From Myxococcota bacterium (GTDB taxonomy: Bacteria; Myxococcota_A; Polyangia; Nannocystales; Nannocystaceae): a stretch of DNA of 64,000 bases. The stretch lies in the NCBI GenBank assembly GCA_039028615.1, contig JBCCHT010000007.1:128001-192000 (forward strand). Reading direction: 5' to 3'. A program made the translations under genes and the position numbers. The notes below the pieces were generated by a model, which was not told where the DNA came from, did not search any database, and was given only the letters and a program-made list of their open reading frames with translations. This document shows, piece after piece, positions 47,356 to 57,521 of this stretch. Positions within the stretch are counted from its first letter, which is position 1, and the number at the start of each line of letters is the position of its first letter.

Positions 47356-50154
47356 GTGGGCGGGGATTCGCAGAGCAATGACGACATCACGCGGGTCCTG
47401 GGAGATTCCGCCCCCGCCCTCCTCGCGACCGAGCTCCCCCAAGGGGCGACCTTCGGTCGCTATGTCGTGGTTCGCAAGCTCGGGGCCGGGGGGATGGGCG
47501 TCGTCTACCTCGCCTACGATCCCAACCTCGACCGCGCCGTCGCCCTGAAGGTGTTGCACGCGGGCGGCAGCCGAGGCGACCGGGGCGCGGCGCAGCAGCG
47601 GTTGCTGCGAGAGGCCCAAGTGATGGCTCAGCTGTCGCACCCGAACCTCGTGCCCGTCTACGACGTCGGTACCTTGGACGAGCACGTGTTCGTCGCGATG
47701 GAATTCATCGAGGGTGGCACCTTGTCGCAGTGGTCGCGCACCGAGACGCGGCCCTGGGCGCAGGTCCTCGAGATCTTCATCGGGGCGGGGCAAGGGCTGG
47801 CCGCGGCCCACGACGCGGGCGTGATTCACCGCGACTTCAAGCCCGACAACGTGATGGTCGACCGCAAGGAGCGGGCCCGGGTCATGGACTTCGGGCTCGC
47901 GCGCGCGACGGAGCCCGGCTCGCCGAGCGACGACGCCGCCACGGGTCGCATGGTGCGGCCAGACTCCGACTCGAGCGACTCGCTGGCGAGCATCTCGGTG
48001 TCCACCGCGGACTCGCTGACCAAGACGGGCATCGTGCTCGGGACCCCGGCCTATATGGCACCCGAGCAACACATGGGCGAACCACTCGACTTCGCCGCCG
48101 ACCAGTTCAGCTTCAGCGTCGCGCTGTACGAAGCGCTCTACGGTGAGCGGCCCTTCGCGGGCAACACCGCCGCCAAGCTGTGCCGCGCGATCCTCGACGA
48201 GCAGCTCCAGCCGCCGCCCGCCGGCCGGGAGGTTCCCAAGGGTCTACGTCAGATCATCGTGCGGGGCCTGGCCCCGAACCCCGCCCACCGCTGGCCTTCG
48301 ATGACCGCGATGCTCGACGCTCTGGTCCAGCGCCAGCAACGGGCTCGTCGGCTCCGCAGCAACCTTCCCGCCGTGGTCTTGCTGGGGGGTCTCGCCGGAG
48401 GGAGCGTGTGGTGGCAGGCCCAGCGGGAGCAGCCCTGCCAAGGCAGCGAAGCTGCGCTGGCCGAGCTATGGAACGATCAGGAGCGCCAGCGACTTCGGTC
48501 CGCGTTCGAGGCGACCGAGGTCCCCTACGCGCCCCAGGCGGCCGAGCGCACCACCGCGCGCATCGATCGATGGGGCGAGCAATGGGTCACCCACCGTCGC
48601 GACGCATGCGAAGCCACGCACGTCCGCCACGAGCAATCGGATACCGCCCTCGACCTTCGCATGCACTGCCTCGCCGGACGCAAGCGAGCGCTCGAGGGGC
48701 TGCTGAGCGTGCTGCACTCGGCCGAGGCCGGCACGGTCGAGCATGCGATCTCCATCGTCGAGCAGCTGCCCGGCCCCGAGCACTGCGACGACCTCGAAGC
48801 GCTTCGATCCGAGCTGCCTCCCCCCGAAGATCTCGAGCTGCGCGAGCGGGTGAACCGAAGCCTCGTCGAGCTGGGAGAGGTCGGCGCGCTGATCGGCGCC
48901 GCGCGATACCCCGAGGCCCGGACCGCCATCGACGAGCTCGATCGCAAGGTCGCCGACATCGACTATCCCCCGCTGAGGGTCGCCCTCGGGATGGAGCAGG
49001 GCATCCTGCTGCACTCCGAAGGCGAGAGCGAGAAGGCGATCGAGCTGTTCCGGGACACGCTGTGGGCCGCCGAGGCCGGGGGCATGGACCGCACGGTGGC
49101 CGAGCTCGCGCTCAAGCTCGTGCTCGTGCTGGGTCACGAGCGCGACGAGTTCGACCGCGCCGAGAGCTGGGTGACGATGGCTCGAGCCAAGCTCGAGCGC
49201 ATCGGCAATCCCCCCAAGATTCTCGCTCGGCTCGACCGCATGCTGGGCAATCTCGCGGACGCGAAGGGCGACTACGAAGTGGCGGCCACCCACTTCGAGG
49301 CCGCCCTCGCCTACTGGCAGAGCCTCGACCCTCCCAGCGTGCTCCGAGCGCGAGCGCTGGGCGACTACGGCAAGGTGCACTTCAGAGCGGGGCGCATGAA
49401 GGAGGCCGCCGCGACCTTCGAGCGCGCGGCCGAGCTCATGGCGGAGGTGCTGGGCCCCGAACACCCCGACGTGGGGAAGACCCTGTCCAATGCCGCCGTC
49501 GCCCACCATCGAATGGGCGACTACGACCGGGCTCGGGCCACCTTCGAGCGCACCATCGAGGTCCTGCAGGCCGCCCAGGGCCCCGACCACATCTCGTTGG
49601 CCGGCATCTACACCAACCTCGCGGGCGTGCACTATCGGCTCGAGAACTACCAAGAGGCCATCGATGCGGGGCGTCGCTCCGTCGCGATCAAGCGCGCTCG
49701 GCTCGGGCCCGAGCACCCCAAGATCGGGCTGAGCGTCAACAACATCGCCTTGGCCCAGAGCAAGCTCGGCGACCACGAGTCGGCGCTCGCCAGCTACCGC
49801 GAAGCCTCGGCCTTGCTCGCCAGGCTCGGCCCCGAGCACGTCTCTCTCATCGAGCCGCTCATCGGTGAAGGCGAAGAACTCCTCCACCTGGGCCGGGCCC
49901 ACGACGCGATCGCGCCGCTCGAGAAGGCCTTTGCGCTGCAGCAGACCAACGACCACGAGCCCGTCCGCCTCGCCCTGCCCGCCTACATGCTGGCGCGCGC
50001 GCTATGGGACGGCGGCGGTGACCAGGCTCGAGCCGTGGCCGTCGCTCGTCGGGCCGCGGAAGCCTCCCGCGACGCGACGATGCCCGAAGATCGCCGCCTC
50101 GCCGAGCGCATCGAGACCTGGCTCGGCGAGAAGGCACCCGCGGACTCGCCGTAG
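47356..50154 (+). CDS. Membrane Ser/Thr kinase with TPR repeats
   Basis: LGAGGMGVVY, VALKVL, HRDFKPDN, DFG and GTPAYMAPE; TM; LGPEHP-type TPR repeats. Confidence 0.94.
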   Translation: MGGDSQSNDDITRVLGDSAPALLATELPQGATFGRYVVVRKLGAGGMGVVYLAYDPNLDRAVALKVLHAGGSRGDRGAAQQRLLREAQVMAQLSHPNLVPVYDVGTLDEHVFVAMEFIEGGTLSQWSRTETRPWAQVLEIFIGAGQGLAAAHDAGVIHRDFKPDNVMVDRKERARVMDFGLARATEPGSPSDDAATGRMVRPDSDSSDSLASISVSTADSLTKTGIVLGTPAYMAPEQHMGEPLDFAADQFSFSVALYEALYGERPFAGNTAAKLCRAILDEQLQPPPAGREVPKGLRQIIVRGLAPNPAHRWPSMTAMLDALVQRQQRARRLRSNLPAVVLLGGLAGGSVWWQAQREQPCQGSEAALAELWNDQERQRLRSAFEATEVPYAPQAAERTTARIDRWGEQWVTHRRDACEATHVRHEQSDTALDLRMHCLAGRKRALEGLLSVLHSAEAGTVEHAISIVEQLPGPEHCDDLEALRSELPPPEDLELRERVNRSLVELGEVGALIGAARYPEARTAIDELDRKVADIDYPPLRVALGMEQGILLHSEGESEKAIELFRDTLWAAEAGGMDRTVAELALKLVLVLGHERDEFDRAESWVTMARAKLERIGNPPKILARLDRMLGNLADAKGDYEVAATHFEAALAYWQSLDPPSVLRARALGDYGKVHFRAGRMKEAAATFERAAELMAEVLGPEHPDVGKTLSNAAVAHHRMGDYDRARATFERTIEVLQAAQGPDHISLAGIYTNLAGVHYRLENYQEAIDAGRRSVAIKRARLGPEHPKIGLSVNNIALAQSKLGDHESALASYREASALLARLGPEHVSLIEPLIGEGEELLHLGRAHDAIAPLEKAFALQQTNDHEPVRLALPAYMLARALWDGGGDQARAVAVARRAAEASRDATMPEDRRLAERIETWLGEKAPADSP

Positions 50155-51738
50155 TCAGCGAGCGTAGGGCGGGCCGGGTGGCGGCCCGAGCCCACCGGGC
50201 GGCGGCATGCCGGGCGGAGCCACGCCGGGCGGCGGTCCGAGGCCCCCGGGCGGAGGCATGCCGACTGCGCCGGGCACCCCCGCGGGCTGGCGCCGCGGTC
50301 CTCCGCGGTCGTCCTCGGCCTGCTGCCGCATGATGGCCGCGACCAAGCCCGCCAACGCCCCCGCGTACACGAAGGGCAGCTTCGTGAACGACGAGTTGGG
50401 TAACAGATCGGCCGCGTTGATCGCCGCGGTGAGAGCCATCGCCCCCATGAGGATTCGGTCCGTCGGATCACGCACCTTCCCCAGCTTCCGCCATGCGGCC
50501 AAGATCGAGAACGACGCCATCCAGAACCAACCAATGACGCCCAGGCCACCGCGCATGCTGTAGTGGATGGCCCACTCTCCGTCGGTCACCGAGATGTCCT
50601 TGCCAGAGTCGGGGTCGTACTTGCGGTTGCGCCCGTACGACCCCCAGCCCCATATCGGCTTTTCCCGGGTGTGTTCGATGAGGATGTCTTCGTTCTCGAA
50701 GCGGAACGCGAGCGAACCCGCCCGGTCCTCGCTGTAGCTCTCCGCCAGCTCGATGATGTCGTCCACGGGGAACCACCCCTGGGCGCGAGTGAGCGGGAAC
50801 GACAAGAAGATCATCGCCAGCACGAACGCAGCGCGCATCATCATCTTGGCCGAAGTGAACAGGAACACGGGGATGACCCCGGCCGCATAGACGACCACGG
50901 CCACGTTCCGTGAGACGGACAGCGCGAACAGAATGATCCCGGTAGCCATCGCCCCGGAGATCTGGGGTGTGATCTTCTCCTTGATGCGGTGCATGGTCAT
51001 CGCGCCGCACAGTCCGATGAATTCGAACATGGCGACGCCCAGACCGCTCTGCATGAACACGGTGGGCTTGTAGCCGTCGCCTCGCATGTTATGGGCGAAG
51101 CCGGTGGCGTGATAGCCGTACAGCTGCCGATGCAGCTGGGGACTCATGATCCCTTCCCACAACATCGCCGGCACGTAGACCAGGCAGCCGATCACGAAAC
51201 CACGGAGGAACAAAATGGCCTCCTCGCGGCTCTGGATCAGCATCTGCCCCACGGCAAAGGGCGCCACGAAGGTGATGAAGTCGGTGATCGACATCGCGAT
51301 CATCTCCTTCTGCGGCAGCGGCGGGACGATGACGATGGGATAGACCGGACCCCCGGGCCACGCCTCCTTGCCTCCCCACATGAAGCTCTCGGGGTTGGTC
51401 AGCGCGGTACCGAAATTGCCTACGACCAATATGAAGAAGAACGATTGGATGCCCCGTAGAAGGCGCATCTTCTCGAAGCGACTCTTGGCCGTCATGTACA
51501 GCCCCACGAACGCGCACGCGGGCGCGATCAGGTGCTTGTCCATGGCCGGGAGGATCGGCGGGTCGAAGGCCGCCTTCTCGGGCAGCAGCATCGTCCCCCA
51601 GATGACGACGATGAACGCCGCCTTCCGAGGCTTGTGCTGCGCAAAAATTATCGCCGTGATCGGTATGAACAGGAACAGGATGAAATGCGCAAATGGTCCT
51701 GGGATCCGCACGGTGCGACCAACCCCATCATAGTCCAA
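50155..51738 (-). CDS. O-antigen ligase / Wzy-like polysaccharide polymerase
   Basis: ~11 TMs; SPQLH..LYG, RAGSL.FRF.NE, KPIWGWG.YGR and TDG.W motifs. Confidence 0.78.
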   Translation of the reverse strand: MDYDGVGRTVRIPGPFAHFILFLFIPITAIIFAQHKPRKAAFIVVIWGTMLLPEKAAFDPPILPAMDKHLIAPACAFVGLYMTAKSRFEKMRLLRGIQSFFFILVVGNFGTALTNPESFMWGGKEAWPGGPVYPIVIVPPLPQKEMIAMSITDFITFVAPFAVGQMLIQSREEAILFLRGFVIGCLVYVPAMLWEGIMSPQLHRQLYGYHATGFAHNMRGDGYKPTVFMQSGLGVAMFEFIGLCGAMTMHRIKEKITPQISGAMATGIILFALSVSRNVAVVVYAAGVIPVFLFTSAKMMMRAAFVLAMIFLSFPLTRAQGWFPVDDIIELAESYSEDRAGSLAFRFENEDILIEHTREKPIWGWGSYGRNRKYDPDSGKDISVTDGEWAIHYSMRGGLGVIGWFWMASFSILAAWRKLGKVRDPTDRILMGAMALTAAINAADLLPNSSFTKLPFVYAGALAGLVAAIMRQQAEDDRGGPRRQPAGVPGAVGMPPPGGLGPPPGVAPPGMPPPGGLGPPPGPPYAR

Positions 51739-51802
51739 GCGCTGCGAGACGACGAGGCCCGCGAACGCTGCGCCGCCTCGTGGCCCGACGGAGCCGCTTG
51801 GC

Positions 51803-52645
51803 TCAGCTCTTGCGGAAGATGAGGATATTGCCCATCGCGGGGCCGGCGAGGCCGACCTTGTCGAGCCACATCTCGTTACCGACCTGAATGGCCCGCTTGG
51901 CCGCGTCGACGGGCACCGAGGTGTAAAGCTCGGTCAGCTGCCCGGCAAAGCGCTCCTCCAGCGTCATGCCCTGCTCGGCCATGAACCGTGTCAGGAAATC
52001 CATGTCGGTCATGCGGACCAACATCTCGCCACCGGGTTTTTGATACCAGCTCTCGATGCCCCGGGCGGTGCGCTTGCGGGTCGGAACCTGCCGGCCGAGC
52101 ACCGTCTTGATCAGGCGTAGCATGGGCTCCCACACCTGGACATGCAGGGACTGCATGTTGTTCTCCATGATGACGAGCTTGCCCCCGGGCGCGGTGACCC
52201 GAGCGAGTTCCCGCAGCGCCTGCTCGAGGTTGGGGATGTGCATGAGCACGCCCCAGCAGCTGACGTAGTCCCACGAGCCGTCTTCGAAGGACAGATCGAG
52301 CAGGTTGCCCTGGCGGAGTTCGATCTCCCCGGCCATGCCCTGCTTGGCGAGATAGTCGCGGGCTTGCGCCAGCGCGGACTCGGAGAAGTCGACGCCGGTC
52401 ACATTGAAGCCGCGACGAGCCAGGCGCACCGCGTGAAAGCAGTAGCCGCAGCCGGCGTCGAGGAGTCGAGCGCCCCGCGGGGCATGCAGACGCCGAACGA
52501 TCTCGTCGTAGGCGCGATCGTAGAAGCGATCCATTTGAGGCGAGAGGTACTGGCCCTCCCACTCCTCGTGGATCTCGTCGCGGTGCAATACGGTGTCCGA
52601 GACCGCCTCCGTGCTCACGCGCCCCTTGTTCTCGCCGTCTGACAT
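51803..52645 (-). CDS. Class I SAM-dependent methyltransferase
   Basis: LLDAGCGY, VTGVDFS and GVLMHIP..ALRELARV..PGG. Confidence 0.88.
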   Translation of the reverse strand: MSDGENKGRVSTEAVSDTVLHRDEIHEEWEGQYLSPQMDRFYDRAYDEIVRRLHAPRGARLLDAGCGYCFHAVRLARRGFNVTGVDFSESALAQARDYLAKQGMAGEIELRQGNLLDLSFEDGSWDYVSCWGVLMHIPNLEQALRELARVTAPGGKLVIMENNMQSLHVQVWEPMLRLIKTVLGRQVPTRKRTARGIESWYQKPGGEMLVRMTDMDFLTRFMAEQGMTLEERFAGQLTELYTSVPVDAAKRAIQVGNEMWLDKVGLAGPAMGNILIFRKS

Positions 52646-52852
52646 CGCGGCAAGCATAGGCGAATTGGCTCCGAGTGTCCGCGCCCGCAGTCGTCCCGAA
52701 ACGAGGGTCTCCGTGCCCGTGATTCGCGGCGAAATCTGCCCGGCTCGGGTGCAATCGCGCTGGCGCTGCGACAACACCGCGCTCGGGATGAAATCGAAAC
52801 TCCGTTCGCCGAGCAAACGGGTATCGTGGGCGCCGAGGATGCGAGCCTTCTC

Positions 52853-53920
52853 ATGATCGACTCTCGGCGTCACCGTTTCGAGCCCGGCGCAGGACGGGCG
52901 CGACTGTGGTCCGCGGTCGCCCTCGGCGGCCTGGTGGGCGTGGGCTCCGGCGCCTGCCGAAACACGCCGCCGACCACCGCGGGCGGCAGCGGTAGCACCA
53001 CCGTCGGCGGCTCCACGGCCCCGAGCGCGACCGCCACGGCGAGCTCCGACGCCGATTCCTGGGGCGGAGGCATGGGCGGCACCACGACGCCGGTCGGCAG
53101 CTCGAGCGACGGGGCGTCGACGACCGACCGCGGCACGACCGGAGACCCCGCGTGCACACGCAACGTCGTGCTCATGGGCTACTGGCCGCCGACCAACGAG
53201 ATGCTCCGCCCCTGGAGCACCAACGCGACGCAGAACCCGGGCGGCTGGGTCGGCGAGAACTGGGGCGGTCACGGCTACGACGTGTACTCGTTCTTCCCCG
53301 AGTTCCCGCCCGATGGCGACCCCACCAACGACTCCATCGGTGACGACGGAGCGGTGGGCTCCCCTCGCTTCGATCTACGCGTGGACTACCAGGCCACCTC
53401 CGAGGATTTCTGGCGGATCATCGACACGCACCAGCCGGTCATCTTGATCACCACCAGCCGAGGCGGACAGATCGGCTGGGAGCTCGAGGCCATCGAGGGC
53501 GGTCACGGCCAGGGCAACCCGGGCGGACCCGCGCAGGATTGGTCTTCGGATCAACACGGCGCGGTGCAGCTGCCGACCGAGACCAGCATCGAGCCGCGAT
53601 CGTGGGATGCCATCTCGATGTACCGGCAAGGCGACACGCTGCCCAGCCAGCTCCCCCTCGACGCCATTGTCAACGCGACCGAACCGCTCGGCGTGACGTC
53701 GGTCGAGATCGATCCCAACACCAGCGGTAACTTCCTCAGCGGCTTCTTGGGGCTCCACGGTCTGTACTACCAGTCAATTGCTCCCCATGCGGTGGCCGCC
53801 GGGCACATCCACGTGGGCTTCGGACTTCCGGTGGCGGATGCCGCGGTGCTGATCGAACAGACCCTGCAGACGGTCTTGGAACAACACCCCGCTCGGTCGG
53901 TGCCCTGCTCGCCGCGATGA
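52853..53920 (+). CDS. Pyroglutamyl-peptidase I (C15)-like lipoprotein
   Basis: GAC lipobox, Ser/Thr linker; VVLMGY.P, L.VDY, WELE, S.LP, GNFLS and GHIHV match the C15 layout. Confidence 0.7.
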   Translation: MIDSRRHRFEPGAGRARLWSAVALGGLVGVGSGACRNTPPTTAGGSGSTTVGGSTAPSATATASSDADSWGGGMGGTTTPVGSSSDGASTTDRGTTGDPACTRNVVLMGYWPPTNEMLRPWSTNATQNPGGWVGENWGGHGYDVYSFFPEFPPDGDPTNDSIGDDGAVGSPRFDLRVDYQATSEDFWRIIDTHQPVILITTSRGGQIGWELEAIEGGHGQGNPGGPAQDWSSDQHGAVQLPTETSIEPRSWDAISMYRQGDTLPSQLPLDAIVNATEPLGVTSVEIDPNTSGNFLSGFLGLHGLYYQSIAPHAVAAGHIHVGFGLPVADAAVLIEQTLQTVLEQHPARSVPCSPR

Positions 53921-53979
53921 CGCCACGCGCTTGAGCTTTCGCCGCGCCCGTGGTCCCCTTGCCCTCGGGGGACGACTGG

Positions 53980-54978
53980 ATGAAGAGCACGAAGCTTGGG
54001 CTGTGGATATCGGCATTGGCCGCCGTCGCATGTGGGACGCAGGCCGAAGATGAACCGCCAGCGCAGACCAGCGCGGCCAGCTCGGGGCTGACCGCGGCCG
54101 GCGAAGGCACCTCGGGCACCGCTGCGGGCGAGGGCTCCGAGGTGGAGACCGGAGCCGGCGAGGGCAACACCAGCGGCGTCCCGCCGATGTCGACCACCGA
54201 CTCGGGTGACGACGAGGACAGCGGCGGCGGACCCCTATTCGACCTGGGGATCATTCCCGACACCCCCGCCGACGACAGCTGCCAGCAGGCGATCGACATC
54301 GTGTTCACGATGGACGTGTCGACCACCATGAGCAGCTTCATCCAGATCCTCTCCGACGAGATCCTCGCGGTGGATGCCGCCATCGCCGAGCTCGACATTC
54401 CCGAGGCGCCCCACTACGGCCTCGCCGTGTTCGTGGACGATGCGCTGCTCGTCAACGGGGGCGCCCCCTATGTCGACGCCACCGCGCTGCAGGCCGACTT
54501 CGACATGTGGGCCGCGTTCACGGCGAGCAACCAGCAGGTCGGGGGCGGCGGCTCCAACAGTACCTGGGAGGAAAACAGCCTCGACGCCCTGTACTTCGCG
54601 GCCGACGAGTTCCAGTGGCGACCGGCGGAGAGCACCATTCGCATGGTGATCCACGTGACGGACGACACCTTCTGGGACGGGCCCACGGTCGGCAACGGCG
54701 TGATGATCCAGCACGGCTACGGCGAGACGGTGCAGCGCCTCCAGGACCAGATGGTCCGCACCTACGCGTTTTCCGACGACATCGGCGGCTCGTGCAATTG
54801 CGACGACGTGACCCCCGGCTGGTCCTCTCCTTATATGGGCGCGCTGCCGATCCCCGAGGCGACCGACGGCAGCAACTACCCCATCGCCGAGGTGCTCGGC
54901 GGAACCGTGTCGCTCAGCGATGCGATCACCGAGGCCGTCGAAGAGAGCTTCTGCGACATCTACACCCCGCAGGGCTGA
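53980..54978 (+). CDS. vWA-domain lipoprotein
   Basis: AVAC lipobox; DIVFTMDVSTTM MIDAS-like motif; E.SLDAL, WRP and VIHVTDD. Confidence 0.8.
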   Translation: MKSTKLGLWISALAAVACGTQAEDEPPAQTSAASSGLTAAGEGTSGTAAGEGSEVETGAGEGNTSGVPPMSTTDSGDDEDSGGGPLFDLGIIPDTPADDSCQQAIDIVFTMDVSTTMSSFIQILSDEILAVDAAIAELDIPEAPHYGLAVFVDDALLVNGGAPYVDATALQADFDMWAAFTASNQQVGGGGSNSTWEENSLDALYFAADEFQWRPAESTIRMVIHVTDDTFWDGPTVGNGVMIQHGYGETVQRLQDQMVRTYAFSDDIGGSCNCDDVTPGWSSPYMGALPIPEATDGSNYPIAEVLGGTVSLSDAITEAVEESFCDIYTPQG

Positions 54979-54997
54979 GCGACTCGGTCGTCACGCG

Positions 54998-55750
54998 TCA
55001 GCAGGGGCTGCAGGGCGGACGCAGGGGATCGTTGTGCACCTCGTCGAAGACCGTGTCCGCCACCGCTTCGAGCACGTAGGTCGACAACGTCCCGTCGCTG
55101 CCCCAGATCCCCGGCGGCCAAGCGGTGAGCGAGACTCCACCGGGCGCGGGGTCGAGATCCGCCTCCGGCAGGCCCGTGCCCACTTCGACCGACGGCGGCT
55201 CGGCGCCGGGCTCGAACACCGCGAGCGCAAGGGTGTCGCCCGAGACCGCGTAGCCATAGCACTGGCAATACCACTCGGTATTCTGGGGATCGAGCCGGCA
55301 AGGGCTGCTGGCGGGAGTATCGAGCGCGGACTGGGCACACATCGCCGTCTGCAGCACGCCCGCCTCCGCATCGACGTGCACGAGGAATGCGTCGCGCCGC
55401 GCCGTCTCGTTGATCGCCACCAGCGAGCCTCCGTCCAGCGCATACTGGACCAGCGAGTACGTGCCTGCGTCGAGCGGCACTTCACCGACGGTGTCGTCCG
55501 CCCCCTCGTCCGAGCTCGAAGAGGACGCCGTCCCGGTGCTCGAGTCCTCCGGCGAGGACGTGACGGCGCCGGTCGAGGTGGACTCCGCCGCATGCTCAGA
55601 GGACATCGCCGCCGTCTCCATGGCGCCTCCCTGCGTGGTCGAGTCGCCGCTCGCTCCCCCTTCGTCGACGGGCGTGCCGGTCGAATCACCACATCCTGCC
55701 AACGGCCACGACACTCCAATCAAGATCAATCTCCAATAAGTCAACTGCAT
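54998..55750 (-). CDS. Hypothetical lipoprotein
   Basis: LAGC lipobox, Ser/Thr/Glu linker, Cys-containing beta domain. Confidence 0.7.
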   Translation of the reverse strand: MQLTYWRLILIGVSWPLAGCGDSTGTPVDEGGASGDSTTQGGAMETAAMSSEHAAESTSTGAVTSSPEDSSTGTASSSSSDEGADDTVGEVPLDAGTYSLVQYALDGGSLVAINETARRDAFLVHVDAEAGVLQTAMCAQSALDTPASSPCRLDPQNTEWYCQCYGYAVSGDTLALAVFEPGAEPPSVEVGTGLPEADLDPAPGGVSLTAWPPGIWGSDGTLSTYVLEAVADTVFDEVHNDPLRPPCSPC

Positions 55751-56022
55751 GAGATCAGGCCTACCACGAACGTCCCCGGTGCGCCCATCTCATGACGCGC
55801 GCCAGCCGGCCGTGATCCTCCCGACCCGAGCCTCTTCGTTTTCTATTTGTGCCGAATACGAATTTGGATTGCCACGTCACTCAAATATCTCGGGTGCTTC
55901 GCCCCGCGATCTCGGACGCGCGATAAAAGACGGGGCGCGACGCCACAGACAGCCGCGGTCGCCGCGCAAACGAGCCAGCCTGCCCTCCGAACCCATTTCA
56001 TGCGAGATTGAGACAGACGTCG

Positions 56023-56652
56023 ATGCCGACTGCCGATGGCCCAACCGATGTGGAGCTCCTGGTCGCCTGGCGCGAGGGAGACAGAAAAGCGGGAGACCGG
56101 CTCTTCGAGCGGCACTATCGGCACCTGACCCGGTTCTTTCAGAACAAGGTCAGCGAGCCCGCCGACCTGATCCAGCGCACCTTCCTCGCGTGCGTCGAGG
56201 CGACGGGGCGGTTCCGTGAGGACGGCAACTTTCGTTCCTACCTGCTGGGCATCGCGGTCAACGTGCTCCGCGAGCACTACCGCAAGGTCTCCGACCCACG
56301 GCGACATCACCAGCTCGGGGAGATGTCGGTCGAGAGCCTGGGCCAGTCACCGAGCGACGCGATGGTGCAGAACCACGAGGAGCGACTGCTGCTGTTCGGG
56401 TTGCGGCGCCTCCCGGCCGAGCTCCAGCTCGTGCTCGAGCTCTACTACTGGGAGAAGATGAAGATCCAGGAGCTCGCCAAGATCCTCGAGCTCCCCGAGG
56501 GCACGGTCAAAGACCGGCTCCGCCGCGGCCGCAAGAAGCTCAAGGAAGAGATGGCGATCCTCGAGGCCTCGGATCAGCCGCTCAAAGAGACGCTCACCCG
56601 GCTCGATCAGTGGGCCGAGCGCCTACGCATGGACATGCTCAAGGGGCGCTAG
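56023..56652 (+). CDS. ECF RNA polymerase sigma factor
   Basis: ELL.AWR.GD..AG..LFERHY; DLIQRTF; FRSYL.GIA.N; region 4 ELAKILELPEGTVK.RLRRGR. Confidence 0.9.
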   Translation: MPTADGPTDVELLVAWREGDRKAGDRLFERHYRHLTRFFQNKVSEPADLIQRTFLACVEATGRFREDGNFRSYLLGIAVNVLREHYRKVSDPRRHHQLGEMSVESLGQSPSDAMVQNHEERLLLFGLRRLPAELQLVLELYYWEKMKIQELAKILELPEGTVKDRLRRGRKKLKEEMAILEASDQPLKETLTRLDQWAERLRMDMLKGR

Positions 56653-56670
56653 CCTCTGCGGCGGGAGAAC

Positions 56671-57510
56671 TCAGCGCGACGTGTCGTCGCGTTCCCACTG
56701 CTTTTGCTGCTGGCGGCTGAGCTTCCGATGCGCGCGGAGCTTGGCGTAGAGCATCACGCCCAGGTAGACGGGCGCATGCCGCCACAGGTCCGGCCTCGCG
56801 GCGATGATCCGCAGCGAGCGACCGGAGCTGGTCGTCTCGTTGTCGTACATCTCGGGGAACTTCTCGCGAAGCTCGTAGGCCCCCGCCCGCACCCGCACCA
56901 TGATGTTGGCCATGGCCTTGATGGTGGCGGGCGGACGAATGGTGAAGGAGTGGGTCTTGGCGATGCCGCGCTCGTGCGGCTCGGCCACCAGCCGGGCGAA
57001 CCCGTCGTCGGCGATGATGTCGGGGAACTTGCCGAAGCGCTCCCGCCCCTTGCGAGACAGCGCGTAAAAGCCCGCCCCGATGACCCCCTCCGAGAAGTAG
57101 GGCAGGCTGGTCCAGACCTTCACGAAGGACTTGACCAGCGGGGGGCGGTCTTCGTAGGCGATGACCGCCCGCGGAGCCGCGACCAAGATCGGCGAGTCGT
57201 CGTGCAGCAGCTCGGCCACCTCGCGCAGCGCCGCCGTCGACACCACGATGTCGGCGTCGATGTACATCCGCGGGTAGCCGGAGGCGTGCTCGTCCCCCAG
57301 GTTCAGCGCGCCGATCTTGTTGCCGACCGGCGTCTCCACGACCTTCACCGGGTCGCCGTAGGCACGGGCCTTGTCCGCCGTGTCGTCCTTGCAGCCGTTG
57401 GGCACGACGATGATCTCGAACTCGCCCGGCTCGTAGTCCTCGAGCATGGCCTCGAGGCAACGATCGATGACGGAGGACTCGTTGTAGGCAGGGATTACGA
57501 TCGAGAACAT
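56671..57510 (-). CDS. Glycosyltransferase family 2
   Basis: SIVIPAYNE, NGCKDDT, YIDAD and IADDGF. Confidence 0.9.
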   Translation of the reverse strand: MFSIVIPAYNESSVIDRCLEAMLEDYEPGEFEIIVVPNGCKDDTADKARAYGDPVKVVETPVGNKIGALNLGDEHASGYPRMYIDADIVVSTAALREVAELLHDDSPILVAAPRAVIAYEDRPPLVKSFVKVWTSLPYFSEGVIGAGFYALSRKGRERFGKFPDIIADDGFARLVAEPHERGIAKTHSFTIRPPATIKAMANIMVRVRAGAYELREKFPEMYDNETTSSGRSLRIIAARPDLWRHAPVYLGVMLYAKLRAHRKLSRQQQKQWERDDTSR

Positions 57511-57521
57511 CGTGCTGCTTC

